Positions 1 to 9,988 are shown, numbered from the stretch's first letter. The stretch: DNA of 64,000 bases from an uncultured SAR86 cluster bacterium (GCA_902623685.1 CACNUQ010000004.1:25590-89589); one strand, 5' to 3'. The notes: generated by a model not told the origin, from the letters alone. Numbers and translations are program-made.

Positions 1-390
1 GAAAAAAGCAAACCCTATCCTGAGGCGCCTGCTGGTTTGCCTTTAGTTCAACATGGACTTCAAATTCTGATGGATTTTTACCATCAGGATATTCTTTCGC
101 TTGAAACCATTGTAGAAAAGACAAGTCATAACGTAGCAAAGAGATTTCAGATCAAAGACAGAGGCTTTATTCGGGAGGGATATTTTGCCGATTTGGCTGT
201 TTTGGATCATGACAAGCCTTACGAAGTATCTAAAGATAACATTTTGTATAAGTGTGGATGGTCTCCATTTGAAGGACACAATTTTAAATCTTCAATACAT
301 ATGACAATTGTTAATGGCAATATTGCTTTTAAAGATGGAATGGTAAGTGAGGATTTGCCTTTTGGGATGCAAATAGAATTTGACAGATAG
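1..390 (+). CDS. Dihydroorotase-like cyclic amidohydrolase, C-terminal fragment (5' end lies outside the window)
   Basis: Frame 1 is open from base 1 (EKSKPYPEAPAGLPLVQHG...) into the listed ORF. C-terminal motifs GFIREGYFADL and ILYKCGWSPFEG are typical of dihydroorotase/allantoinase-type amidohydrolases. Confidence 0.6.
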   Translation, partial: EKSKPYPEAPAGLPLVQHGLQILMDFYHQDILSLETIVEKTSHNVAKRFQIKDRGFIREGYFADLAVLDHDKPYEVSKDNILYKCGWSPFEGHNFKSSIHMTIVNGNIAFKDGMVSEDLPFGMQIEFDR

Positions 391-436
391 TGTTATTTTA
401 ATATTTTAAAGCGTTATAATTCTTGTCCGAAAAATC

Positions 437-526
437 GGAGAGTTGGCTGAGTGGTCGAAAGCGCCTCCCTGCTAAGGAGGTATACGGGCAACTGTATCGA
501 GGGTTCGAATCCCTCACTCTCCGCCA
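437..526 (+). tRNA. tRNA-Ser (anticodon GCT), class II with long variable arm, CCA encoded
   Basis: Hand fold: acceptor GGAGAGT/ACTCTCC; anticodon arm CCTCC-CTGCTAA-GGAGG; T arm GAGGG-TTCGAAT-CCCTC; long variable arm; 3' GCCA. Confidence 0.9.
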
Positions 527-529
527 GCT

Positions 530-1063
530 TCATATATCTTTTTCCATTCGTACCATTGGCACTGTTTTGCCAGAACTGGCCGTATAAAGAACATTCTCGA
601 TTGGTTTATATCCATTATCTTCATACAGAGGTATTCCAGATTGAGTAGCCATAAGCTCACACCTTTTAAAACCAAGATTTTTTGCAGCCTCCTCGCCCAA
701 ATTCATAACCAATGAACCAACGCCTTTTCTTATCCATTCAGGATGAGTGTACATTGCCCTTATGCGAGCAGAATCTTCTTTAGGGTCTAGAAATTGATCA
801 TCTCTGTTTGGTGTATGATTGCCACCAAATAAAGTTTCTCTATTACTCCATCCCCCACACCCAACAAATATATCTTTGCTGAAGATCATGAAATAGGTCT
901 TATCTTTTATCAGCTGATCATCCAAACCCATGCTGTCAAAAGATGCTTCTAATTGATCTTTCGTAAGCAGGGGTCCAAGAAGTTGATTGATAGATTGTTT
1001 CATTAATTTTTCAATGGCAGGAATATCATCAAAAGTTGCGATTCTGTGAGTAAACTCATTCAT
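530..1063 (-). CDS. GNAT family N-acetyltransferase
   Basis: 177-aa ORF. Acetyl-CoA binding-type segment RIRAMYTHPEWIRKGVGSLVMNLGEEAAKNLGF has the GNAT motif A pattern (R/Q-x-x-G-x-G/A). Confidence 0.7.
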   Translation of the reverse strand: MNEFTHRIATFDDIPAIEKLMKQSINQLLGPLLTKDQLEASFDSMGLDDQLIKDKTYFMIFSKDIFVGCGGWSNRETLFGGNHTPNRDDQFLDPKEDSARIRAMYTHPEWIRKGVGSLVMNLGEEAAKNLGFKRCELMATQSGIPLYEDNGYKPIENVLYTASSGKTVPMVRMEKDI

Positions 1064-1141
1064 TTTTCTGTATTTTAATTCTCATGATTATTATAGTAAC
1101 TGTTAGAATCTTTTATTAAATTTCTCCTATTTTTAAATTAT

Positions 1142-2449
1142 ATGAGCCGATCAATTTCTGAGAATCCTGCATCTGCATTTGACGATACGCTTGAAGATAT
1201 TTTGGAGTTACTTGAAGAAGATTCTCAGCATTTTATCTATCTTACTGGCGCAGCTGGTACAGGTAAAACAACACTAATTGAGCGTGTAAAGGATGAGTGC
1301 TTGTTAAAAAAAATGGTTGTCGCTCCCACTGGAGTTGCTGCATTAAATATTGGTGGCAGCACGATCAATTCAGCGTTCAGGATTGGTTTTGATACTTTTC
1401 CACTTATTCAAGAATCAAAAGATCCACGCTTTAAAAAGTTATTAAAAAATCTAGAACTACTAATTATTGATGAAATTTCTATGGTTCGAGCGCCTATGCT
1501 TGATGCTATCTCTGAAACTCTACAAATACATCGTAATTCATCCAAACCATTTGGGGGCATTCATGTGCTTGCATGTGGTGATTTATTTCAGCTGCCGCCA
1601 GTAGTAAAAGAGAATGAGGAAAGTTCAATTTTTGAAAGATACGGATCCGTTTATTTCTTTAGTGCTGATAATTTTCAAGCTATTGAGAAACCCTTATTTT
1701 TTGAACTTGTAAGCTCTTTTAGACAACAGGATGATAAAGAGTTTTACAACCTGCTGAATAATGTTCGACTTGGAAAAAATCTTGAAAGTTCAATCAGTAT
1801 GATTAACAAGACTTGTCATAATCCAGAATTTGATACTGAGTCATCACTAATTATTACTTCAAGAAAATATCGAGCTGAACAAATTAATGACGAGATGTTA
1901 AACAGAATCGATGGACCTACGACTGTTGTCAAATCAAAAGAGCAGGGCGAATTAAATGAAAATGATTTACCTGCTCCCAGAGAACTCCGCGTAAAAGCGG
2001 ATGCCAAAGTAATGTTTATTAAAAATGATCCAGAGGGTAGATGGGTCAATGGAACTATTGGAGTTGTAATTGATTGCTCAGATAAAAATAAAAAAGTGAT
2101 TAAGGTCAAAGTTGGTAAAGAGGTATTTAAAGTTAAACGAGAAGAATGGAACAAAGTACGTTATGTCTACGATGAATATAATGATGAAATGGAAGAGGAG
2201 ATGGTTTCTTCTTTTAAGCAGTTCCCTCTTAAATTGGGTTGGGCAGTAACCATACACAAGGCTCAAGGTCTCACTTTAGATAGTTGTTCAGTGGATTTGG
2301 GGGAGGGAGCTTTTGCCACTGGGCAGGCCTATGTTGCACTGAGTCGTTGCAAAACATTAGATTCTTTAAATTTATATCGTGAGTTAAAGGTCCAAGATGC
2401 TCTTGTTGATCCAGATATTCAAGATTTTCATGCAGAATACTTTGGATAG
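1142..2449 (+). CDS. Pif1/RecD-like SF1B DNA helicase
   Basis: Walker A GAAGTGKTT, Walker B IIDEISMV, GDLFQLPPV and C-terminal VTIHKAQGLTLD/AYVALSRC motifs characteristic of Pif1/RecD-family helicases. Confidence 0.8.
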   Translation: MSRSISENPASAFDDTLEDILELLEEDSQHFIYLTGAAGTGKTTLIERVKDECLLKKMVVAPTGVAALNIGGSTINSAFRIGFDTFPLIQESKDPRFKKLLKNLELLIIDEISMVRAPMLDAISETLQIHRNSSKPFGGIHVLACGDLFQLPPVVKENEESSIFERYGSVYFFSADNFQAIEKPLFFELVSSFRQQDDKEFYNLLNNVRLGKNLESSISMINKTCHNPEFDTESSLIITSRKYRAEQINDEMLNRIDGPTTVVKSKEQGELNENDLPAPRELRVKADAKVMFIKNDPEGRWVNGTIGVVIDCSDKNKKVIKVKVGKEVFKVKREEWNKVRYVYDEYNDEMEEEMVSSFKQFPLKLGWAVTIHKAQGLTLDSCSVDLGEGAFATGQAYVALSRCKTLDSLNLYRELKVQDALVDPDIQDFHAEYFG

Positions 2450-2484
2450 CTCTACAATAGTAATTAAATCTTAAAATCATCCTC

Positions 2485-3828
2485 ATGGAAAACTTTATAA
2501 ATGATCTTGCTGGGTTTGTATGGACATGGAACGTTCCAATACTCGTTGGTTCTGGAATCTTCTTCTTAATTTATTCCAAGTTAACCCCCTTTCAATATTT
2601 AAAACATGCTTTTGAGTTGATTTTAGGAAAGCACTCAAAAAAAGATGATGTTGGCGAAGTCACTCATTTTCAAGCTTTAACTACTGCTTTATCAGGAACC
2701 ATTGGACTGGGCAATATTGCGGGCGTGGCTATTGCAATTCAACTTGCTGGACCAGGCGCAATTTTTTGGATGTGGCTTACAGCAGTTGTTGGCATTGCAA
2801 CAAAATTTTTTACTTGCACATTATCAGTAATGTATCGCGATGTTGGAGAGGATGGGACAGTTCGAGGCGGACCCATGTATGTTATTAAAAATGCACTTCC
2901 TTCCTCTATGATGCCTCTAGCTTATTTTTTTGCAGCTGCAGGTTTAATCGGCGCTTTACCAGGTTTCCAGAGTAATCAGCTGGTACAAATAATGGGCGAT
3001 TTGCCAATATTTCAGTTTGAAAACTTTAATCTAATAGCAGGAATAATTTTAGCTGGAGTAACAGGAGTAATTATTCTTGGAGGGCTCATAAGGATTGCAA
3101 AAGTTTCAGAGTGGCTTGTTCCGTTAATGAGTATTTTATATTTTGGTTCAGTATTAGTTGCCTTGATGCTTAATTTAGATTCTATTTTTCCAGCATTTAA
3201 AATAATAATTGAAGATGCTTTTACTGGATCTGCAGTGGCTGGAGGCAGTGTCATCGCCGTAATTATCATGGGAGTAAGAAGAGGCGCCCATTCGAATGAA
3301 GCAGGAATAGGCACCGAAACACTAGTTCATGGTTCAGCGAAAACATCTGATCCAGTGAAACAAGGCTTGGTTGCTATGCTTGGACCTATTTTTGATACAT
3401 TAATAATGTGCACATCTACAGCATTATTAATTATTATCTCAGGCGTTTGGCTTGAATCAGATTCAACTGGTGTCACTCTAACTGCAGAAGCATTTAGTGT
3501 TCTTCTTGGACCCTTTGGTTATGCAGTTTTATTTATATGTGTGGTGAGTTTTGGAGCTAGTACCATCTTTACATATTCATTTTATGGTTCAGCGTGCTCG
3601 CAATTTTTGTTTGGCAAAAAAGGAGTAAAAATCTATCAATGGGTGATTATATTATTTGTAGTTGTCTTTGCCGTTATTCCCATTGAGGCGGCTATCAACA
3701 TCATTGATATATCCTTTGCGTTAATGGCTATACCTACGCTCATTTCATCAGTTTGGCTTGCGCCAAAAGTTATTGAGAAGGCAAGAGAGTATTTTGCAAA
3801 ATTAGAAAAGATGCCAATAAATAATTAA
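2485..3828 (+). CDS. Alanine/glycine:cation symporter (AGCS family)
   Basis: 447-aa polytopic membrane ORF with FQALTTALSGTIGLGNIAGVAIAI and GPGAIFWMW motifs typical of sodium:alanine symporters. Confidence 0.85.
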   Translation: MENFINDLAGFVWTWNVPILVGSGIFFLIYSKLTPFQYLKHAFELILGKHSKKDDVGEVTHFQALTTALSGTIGLGNIAGVAIAIQLAGPGAIFWMWLTAVVGIATKFFTCTLSVMYRDVGEDGTVRGGPMYVIKNALPSSMMPLAYFFAAAGLIGALPGFQSNQLVQIMGDLPIFQFENFNLIAGIILAGVTGVIILGGLIRIAKVSEWLVPLMSILYFGSVLVALMLNLDSIFPAFKIIIEDAFTGSAVAGGSVIAVIIMGVRRGAHSNEAGIGTETLVHGSAKTSDPVKQGLVAMLGPIFDTLIMCTSTALLIIISGVWLESDSTGVTLTAEAFSVLLGPFGYAVLFICVVSFGASTIFTYSFYGSACSQFLFGKKGVKIYQWVIILFVVVFAVIPIEAAINIIDISFALMAIPTLISSVWLAPKVIEKAREYFAKLEKMPINN

Positions 3829-3829
3829 T

Positions 3830-5428
3830 TCATACATCTTTCAGGATCTCTCTAGCAGCATTTTTCCCTGGAAGACCTGTTACTCCTCCACCTGGATGTG
3901 TTCCAGAACCACACATATACAATGATTTTAGCGGCCCTCTATAGTTGCCGTAATTCATTAATGGTCTTGCAGCCCACATTTGATCGAGAGACATTTGTCC
4001 ATGCATAATATCTCCACCAATGAGCCCAAATTTTTCTTCTAAATCTAGTGGAGACAAAATCATCATTCCTAAAATTGATTCTCTAAAATTAGGGGCATGT
4101 TTAGTTACAGTTTCAATAATAGTATCTGCCGCAGTCAATCTATGATCATGCCAAGAACTTCCATCTGGCATAGTGGGAGAAAATTGCTGACAAAATAAAG
4201 ATGCTACATGCTTTCCATCTGGCGCAAGAGTATTGTCCATAGTTGATGGTATTAACATCTCTACAATTGGTGCTGAAGACCAGCCTTGCGACTTAGCATC
4301 AATGAAAGCCTTGTCCATATAATCTAATGTTGGGGCTATTACGATGCCGCTTTGATGATGTTCGGCTACTTCTTTACCAGGCAGTGCAGAAAAATCTGGC
4401 AATTCAGTGAGGGCAACATTCATTCTTAAAGTTCCAGATCCACACTTGTATCCATCCATGCCTCGATTAAATTCTGGCTCTAATTCATCTTCAGAAATTA
4501 ATTTTTTGTAAAGTAATTTTGGGTTCAGATTAGAAATTATTTTTTTAGCTACGATCGGGCTTCCGTCCTCAAGCTCAATACCGACGGCTGCATTATCTTT
4601 AACTATTACTTTTTTTACAGGGGCATCTGTAAAAATCTTTACTCCCATATTTTTGCAGGCTTTTTCCATGGCTTGAGTAATCGCACCCATGCCACCAATA
4701 GCATGACCCCAAGCTCCTTTTTCTCCATCAATTTCACCAAACACATGATGCAGCAAAACATAAGCAGAACCTGGAGTATCTGGACTTGCAAAATTTCCAA
4801 CTATTGAATCAAAGCCAAATGCAGCTTTTATATGCTCATTTTCAAACCATGAATCAAGAAATGATCGAGCGCTTTTTGTAAAGAGATCATATACATCTCT
4901 GTGTACTTGATTTCCCTTAGTTGCAATTGGCCAAAGCTGCAATGCTGCACTTAGTGCAGCCTTTATTCCTTGTTTTGGATTGGGAGGCGTCTTAACCGAG
5001 AGATCTCTAAGAACGTCAGCAACGGCTTCAATACGAGTATAATATTCAGGCAATCTAGCCGCATCTTTTTTAGAAAATTTTCTAAACTCTTCCTGCGTTT
5101 TTTCTAATCCTCCGCCTAGTTTTAAATATGTTGTATTGTCGATAGGAAGAAAATTCGAAATTGGACGCTTTACAATTTTTAAACCATATTCTTTGAGTTT
5201 CATTTCTTTGATAATTTCTGGATTTAATAAACTGACCGTATAACTTGCAACAGAATTTTTAAACCCAGGATGAAATTCTTCAGTAACCGCAGCACCTCCT
5301 ACAATCGATCTTCTTTCAAAGATATTTACTTTCAAGCCTTTTGATGCCAGATAATATGCGCAGACTAGACCGTTGTGTCCACCTCCAATAATAATTGCAT
5401 CCGTTGAGTTTTTAGTATTTGGCATCAC
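3830..5428 (-). CDS. Phytoene-desaturase-family (CrtI/PYROXD2-like) FAD-dependent oxidoreductase
   Basis: N-terminal dinucleotide fold DAIIIGGGHNGLVCAYYLASKGLKVNIFERRSIVGGAA; C-terminal GSGTHPGGGVTGLPG, typical of the family. Confidence 0.75.
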   Translation of the reverse strand: MMPNTKNSTDAIIIGGGHNGLVCAYYLASKGLKVNIFERRSIVGGAAVTEEFHPGFKNSVASYTVSLLNPEIIKEMKLKEYGLKIVKRPISNFLPIDNTTYLKLGGGLEKTQEEFRKFSKKDAARLPEYYTRIEAVADVLRDLSVKTPPNPKQGIKAALSAALQLWPIATKGNQVHRDVYDLFTKSARSFLDSWFENEHIKAAFGFDSIVGNFASPDTPGSAYVLLHHVFGEIDGEKGAWGHAIGGMGAITQAMEKACKNMGVKIFTDAPVKKVIVKDNAAVGIELEDGSPIVAKKIISNLNPKLLYKKLISEDELEPEFNRGMDGYKCGSGTLRMNVALTELPDFSALPGKEVAEHHQSGIVIAPTLDYMDKAFIDAKSQGWSSAPIVEMLIPSTMDNTLAPDGKHVASLFCQQFSPTMPDGSSWHDHRLTAADTIIETVTKHAPNFRESILGMMILSPLDLEEKFGLIGGDIMHGQMSLDQMWAARPLMNYGNYRGPLKSLYMCGSGTHPGGGVTGLPGKNAAREILKDV

Positions 5429-5512
5429 CTGATTATACCTTTCAATGAATAATAGATATAAATAATGTATATTAAGTGAATAGAAAATTTTTTTGCTTGA
5501 GACAAAAATATT

Positions 5513-6346
5513 ATGAAAAAAAAATTTAAACTAGTAGCCTTTGCTATACCTTTCTTCTTTTTAATTTCATGTTCCGATTCAAATGATGTTCAGGAATCCA
5601 ATGATGTTCAGGAAAATCAAATTACTTGGGATGCAACAAATTACACCATGTATAACGAATTCATGCAATGTACAGCAGGTGAAGACTATAGCCAAGAAGC
5701 TCTTGATGACATGATTGACTCATGGAGAGGGCTTGGATTATCAGAATCTTTACTAGGAGGATGGGGATATGTTTCAGTATCTCCAAATGAAAGCTCCTTC
5801 AATAATTATTGGGAACTGAGTTGGTCTTCAAAAGAAGAGGCTGATGCAGCATGGCAGGAATGGGCAGCCAGTGAAGATGCTATGGCTTGGATTGAGCAGA
5901 CTGCTTCAGTACTTCAATGTGATGGCGATAATAGGGATGGATACGATTTTATTTTCCCATACGATCCATATGCTTTTGGCGAATCTCCTGAGGATGGATC
6001 TTTTGGTGCAGCATTTTCACCATGCACACTAAATGAGGGCATGGGTCAAGAAGATCTTAATAAAGCAATCATTAGCTACAATGTATGGTTGGACGGGATC
6101 GATCAATCTGAAGTAAGAGGTTTTTATGCATACGGAATATATATTCCTGAGGATAAAACTGCTGATGAAGATTTTTGGTTTGGAAACTTTCATGAAAATC
6201 TTGAAACTATGAGCGAAGGCAATAAATTATGGGAAGCTACAGGTGGCGATGCAAAGGCTGAATTAGAATCAGTTAGTACATGTGGAGAGCCTGAGATTTC
6301 CAATGGTCAGGTATTTCTAGATCCAACTAAACCAGAATTTTCTTAA
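5513..6346 (+). CDS. Acidic Trp-rich lipoprotein of unknown function with an internal two-domain duplication
   Basis: Signal peptide plus lipobox (FFFLISC). Two similar halves share a C...W...W..S.EEA/E...W...C pattern. No family recognised. Confidence 0.6.
   Translation: MKKKFKLVAFAIPFFFLISCSDSNDVQESNDVQENQITWDATNYTMYNEFMQCTAGEDYSQEALDDMIDSWRGLGLSESLLGGWGYVSVSPNESSFNNYWELSWSSKEEADAAWQEWAASEDAMAWIEQTASVLQCDGDNRDGYDFIFPYDPYAFGESPEDGSFGAAFSPCTLNEGMGQEDLNKAIISYNVWLDGIDQSEVRGFYAYGIYIPEDKTADEDFWFGNFHENLETMSEGNKLWEATGGDAKAELESVSTCGEPEISNGQVFLDPTKPEFS
5579..5614 (+). repeat. 18-bp tandem repeat x2 (tcAaatgatgttcaggaa / tcCaatgatgttcaggaa) encoding SNDVQE-SNDVQE
   Basis: Read directly in the sequence just after the lipobox of the 5513-6346 ORF. 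Confidence 0.9.
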
Positions 6347-6354
6347 TTCAAACT

Positions 6355-6392
6355 TTAAAAAATAAGGGTTGTTATCGCAGCCCTTATTTTTT
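6355..6392. terminator. Bidirectional Rho-independent terminator between convergent genes
   Basis: A-run, then 9-bp stem taagggttg/cagccctta (one G-U) with loop ttatcg, then T-run. It sits between the lipoprotein gene (+) and hflX (-). Confidence 0.7.
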
Positions 6393-7689
6393 ATGGGGCA
6401 ACTGGTCTTAAGTCATTAAAAATTTCCAATCCTTCAAATTCATTTATCATGCTTTGTGAAATAGAAACTAATGATTGATGTTTTCCGTTAGCACCTATTT
6501 TTTCTTCTAAGATACAGCCAGAATCAAATAATTTAGACCTAACTGAAGCTTGAATTGGAGAGAATTCAACCCATCCACTTAATAAATTTCCAAAAAGCCT
6601 TTCAGATATTAATTCTTTTAGCTCTTCAAGACCTTCACCAGTTTCACTAGAAATTTTATGTTCAGGATGAAGATTATTTGCTGGCCATATATCTTCATTT
6701 TCAATCAAGTCAACCTTGTTTAAAGCTCTAATTTGAGGAATCGAAGTTACGCCTAAATCTTTCAAAATCATATCGACTTCTTTAATTTTATAATCCCTAT
6801 TTGAATCTGAGGCATCAATAACGTGGATTAAAAGATCTGCAGAAGCTAAGTCATCCAGTGTTGCTTTGAAGGATTCAACTAACTTGGTTGGGAGATTGGA
6901 TATAAATCCGACAGTATCTGAAAATAGAACTGTATCACTAGTTTTTAATTTAAAGTTTGCTCGCCGAGTTGTTGTATCCAATGTTGCAAATAATTTATCT
7001 TCAGCTTCAAGTCCCCCCTTTGTTAATAAATTAAAAAGTGATGTTTTACCGGCATTTGTATAACCCACCAAAGCTACCAGCCTATTGTTATTTTTTTTTC
7101 TTGAGTATCTGTTTAAATTTTTTTGATTATGTTGTTTATCTAATCTTTTTTTAAGTTGTTTAATTCTATTGCCGATTAACCTTCTATCGGTTTCAAGCTG
7201 TGTCTCTCCTGGGCCTCTTAAACCAATTCCACCTTTTTGCCTCTCAAGATGGCTCCAACCTCTAACCAATCTAGTTGAGAGAAAGCTAAGCTGAGCAAGC
7301 TCCACTTGCAATTTTCCAATATCACTTTGAGCTCTAGCTGCAAAAATATCTAAGATAAGTCCAGTTCTATCTAGCACTCGTGCGGAAAGAAGTTTTTCTA
7401 AATTCCTTTCTTGCGAAGGGGAAAGTTCACAGTCCAAAACAACCAACTTAATGTTTTCAGACTCTACGAGATTTTTTAGCTCGTCAGTTTTTCCTTTAGT
7501 TAGAAAATGATTAGCAGATACGAATTTTTGTTTTGAAAAAATATGATATTCAACTTTTAATCCAGATGAAGCAGCAAGTTGAATAAATTCATCAGAATTG
7601 AATTGCTCTAGATTATTCTGATTTGACCGGAGAAGATCTATTGAGACAATTATTGCTCTTAAATCTTCAGGGGTTAAAGTTTTTTCCAA
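6391..7689 (-). CDS. hflX: GTPase HflX
   Basis: 432 aa. N-terminal HflX domain (ELAQLSFL..RLVRGWSHLERQKGGIGLRGPGETQLETDRR), G1 GYTNAGKTSLFN, G3 DTVGF, G4 NKVD. Confidence 0.9.
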   Translation of the reverse strand: MEKTLTPEDLRAIIVSIDLLRSNQNNLEQFNSDEFIQLAASSGLKVEYHIFSKQKFVSANHFLTKGKTDELKNLVESENIKLVVLDCELSPSQERNLEKLLSARVLDRTGLILDIFAARAQSDIGKLQVELAQLSFLSTRLVRGWSHLERQKGGIGLRGPGETQLETDRRLIGNRIKQLKKRLDKQHNQKNLNRYSRKKNNNRLVALVGYTNAGKTSLFNLLTKGGLEAEDKLFATLDTTTRRANFKLKTSDTVLFSDTVGFISNLPTKLVESFKATLDDLASADLLIHVIDASDSNRDYKIKEVDMILKDLGVTSIPQIRALNKVDLIENEDIWPANNLHPEHKISSETGEGLEELKELISERLFGNLLSGWVEFSPIQASVRSKLFDSGCILEEKIGANGKHQSLVSISQSMINEFEGLEIFNDLRPVAP

Positions 7690-7816
7690 ATTTCGAGATA
7701 ATATTAATTTATAAAAAATTGTATTGTACGAAATATCTTCTTAAAAACATAACCTTAAGTTTGCATATTTAAACGTATTTATACACAATTCTTTTTTTCA
7801 AATATCATAAAAAATT

Positions 7817-8290
7817 ATGAAAGATTTATTTCCATATATCGGCGAGACAATAATAGTTACACAAGAGATGTGTGATTTTAATGGGCATATGAATGTTAAT
7901 TTTATAAAGAAAGTTTTTGAGCAGGGATGGGACTTCGTAAATAAAGACTTTGGTTTTAATGAAGATTATTTAAACCAGGGCTTTTCAAGTTTTACTCTTG
8001 AAGATAACTATAGATTTAAAAAAGAATTCCTTCTAGGCGATAAGATTTTTCCAGTGTTTAGATTATTAAATGTTAATGAAAAACTTTATCATTTAATTGG
8101 AGCGTTGTTTGATAGTGAGGGAGTTATTTCAGCGATGTACGAAACCGTTGAAGGTCACGTTGATATGAAATTACGAAAAATTGCTCCAATGTCTCAAGAA
8201 AAACTTTCAATGGTGGTAGCTATAAAGAGAGAACATGATCTTGCTGGGCCAATTCCCTATGAAATAAGATTAAATATTAGAGATTTATAA
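7817..8290 (+). CDS. Hotdog-fold acyl-CoA thioesterase-like protein
   Basis: 157 aa. CDFNGHMNVNF near the N-terminus matches the D-x-N-x-H-x-N pattern of 4HBT/YbgC-type thioesterases. Confidence 0.5.
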   Translation: MKDLFPYIGETIIVTQEMCDFNGHMNVNFIKKVFEQGWDFVNKDFGFNEDYLNQGFSSFTLEDNYRFKKEFLLGDKIFPVFRLLNVNEKLYHLIGALFDSEGVISAMYETVEGHVDMKLRKIAPMSQEKLSMVVAIKREHDLAGPIPYEIRLNIRDL

Positions 8291-8308
8291 TAAAAACATG
8301 GAGAAAAA

Positions 8309-9106
8309 ATGAATAAAAGTTATGCATTAGTAACTGGAGCAACTGCTGGGATAGGATTAGACATAGCCAAAGAGTTGGCTAAGAAAGGGCATAATATTAT
8401 CTTAACTGCAAGAAGAGAGGATAGGCTTAAAGATATCTCAGCTCAACTAATTGAAGATTTTGATATTCATTGTGACTATGTAGCTGCTGACTTATCTGAC
8501 ATAAATGCACCAGAGACTATTTATAGGTTTTGCTCAGATCGACAATATTCAGTTGAAATATTGGTAAATAATGCTGGGTACAGTATAAATAAAAAATTTC
8601 ATGAAACCCCTGAGGATGAAGAAGAAAAATTTCTTCGTGTGCTAGGCATATCAGTTATTTCGCTCACTAAAAAATTTATTCCATCAATGCTAGAAAAACA
8701 ATCTGGCAAGATTATGATTGTCTCGTCTTTGGCTTCATTTGCTCCTCCATCTTCTGGTTGGGGTGCTCTATATGGACCAGTCAAGACATTTGTAAATCGA
8801 TTTGGAGACGCTATTAATATTAATTATCGATCTAAAGGCATAACCTCAACAAATGTTTGCCCTGGTTTCACAGTAACTGAATTTCATACTGCTAGCGGGA
8901 TGCAAGATGCAATGGATAAAGTACCAGCTTTTATGAAAAAAGATTCGCAAAGTGTTGCTGTTGGTGCAGTCAATGCGCTGATGCAAGGCAAGAGTGTTTG
9001 GGTTCCAGGATTATTAAACAAACTTTTAGCCTTTATTTGTAATGTTTTGCCAGCTAGTTTAGTTATAAGGATGAGTTCCAATTTAGCTGGGGGAAGATAT
9101 GAGTGA
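8309..9106 (+). CDS. Short-chain dehydrogenase/reductase (SDR)
   Basis: TGATAGIG cofactor motif, NNAG, and an S...Y-x-x-x-K-type region (YGPVK). Confidence 0.8.
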   Translation: MNKSYALVTGATAGIGLDIAKELAKKGHNIILTARREDRLKDISAQLIEDFDIHCDYVAADLSDINAPETIYRFCSDRQYSVEILVNNAGYSINKKFHETPEDEEEKFLRVLGISVISLTKKFIPSMLEKQSGKIMIVSSLASFAPPSSGWGALYGPVKTFVNRFGDAININYRSKGITSTNVCPGFTVTEFHTASGMQDAMDKVPAFMKKDSQSVAVGAVNALMQGKSVWVPGLLNKLLAFICNVLPASLVIRMSSNLAGGRYE

Positions 9107-9335
9107 GCCATTAAATATTTCTGAAAAGAAAATTTTGCCAACATTTCTACTTTTTATTGTTCTATCCTGGCCACTAGCAGCACATAGATTTTTTTTAAGA
9201 CGTTATGCATCAGCAATTTTATTTATTCTCACAATCGGAGGAGTTGGTATTTGGTGGATAATAGATTTTATTCTGATAGTCACCGGATCTATGAAAGATG
9301 ATGAGGGAAAGCTAGTTAAAGTGTGGGTTGATTAG
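9099..9335 (+). CDS. TM2 domain-containing small membrane protein
   Basis: 78 aa, two TM helices, with AAHRFFLRR...GGVGIWWIIDFILIV typical of TM2 domains. Overlaps the SDR stop by 8 nt. Confidence 0.6.
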   Translation: MSEPLNISEKKILPTFLLFIVLSWPLAAHRFFLRRYASAILFILTIGGVGIWWIIDFILIVTGSMKDDEGKLVKVWVD

Positions 9336-9988
9336 ACCTGACCAATGATTTTATCTGCAACAAACGCGTTATCTTTTCTTTCTTGACCAAATGTAGAGGT
9401 CGGACCATGACCTGGAATAAATAAAATTTCGTCCCCTAATGGCCAAAGCTTTTCAGTGATTGAATTAATTAACGTTTGATGATCGCCTCGTGGCAGGTCT
9501 GTTCTTCCAACTGACCCTCTAAATAATACATCGCCTATAATTACCATTTTGGATTCAGGATGATAAAACACTACGTGTCCTGGTGAATGACCTGGACAAA
9601 ATAATACTTTTAGATTTTCGTTTGCGAGTTTAATTTCGTCTCCCTCATTAAGCCACCTATCAGGAACACAGTTTTCGCATTCCATTCCAAGCATTTTTCC
9701 TTGCTCTTCAAGAGATTCCAATAAAAATTGATCCTCTTTGTGTGGCCCTTCAATTTCTAAAGATAATATTCTTGCAAGTTCTGTAGCAGCACCAGCATGA
9801 TCAATATGACCATGAGTAAGAAAAATTTTTTCTGGAATCAGATTATTATCTTTTGCTATACCTAAAAGAATATCTATATCGCCGCCAGGATCTACAAAAG
9901 CACATTTTTTAGATTCTTCACAATATAAAATAGGAGCATTTTGCTGAAAAGGAGTTACAGGGTGAATTAAAACTTTAAGTTGTGACAT
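9332..9988 (-). CDS. MBL-fold metallo-hydrolase (glyoxalase II-like)
   Basis: THGHIDHAG (H-x-H-x-D-H) motif, downstream GHSPGH and GHG. Confidence 0.8.
   Translation of the reverse strand: MSQLKVLIHPVTPFQQNAPILYCEESKKCAFVDPGGDIDILLGIAKDNNLIPEKIFLTHGHIDHAGAATELARILSLEIEGPHKEDQFLLESLEEQGKMLGMECENCVPDRWLNEGDEIKLANENLKVLFCPGHSPGHVVFYHPESKMVIIGDVLFRGSVGRTDLPRGDHQTLINSITEKLWPLGDEILFIPGHGPTSTFGQERKDNAFVADKIIGQV

Noticed and set aside
451-648. A 65-aa plus-strand ORF.
   Set aside because: It lies over tRNA-Ser and antisense to the GNAT gene, and has no coding features.
3830-5428. The FAD oxidoreductase as the missing 3-ketosteroid Delta1-dehydrogenase (KstD).
   Set aside because: Its motifs are those of the phytoene desaturase/PYROXD2-like family, not the fumarate-reductase-like KstD family. 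It is also on the opposite strand, 5 kb from the operon.
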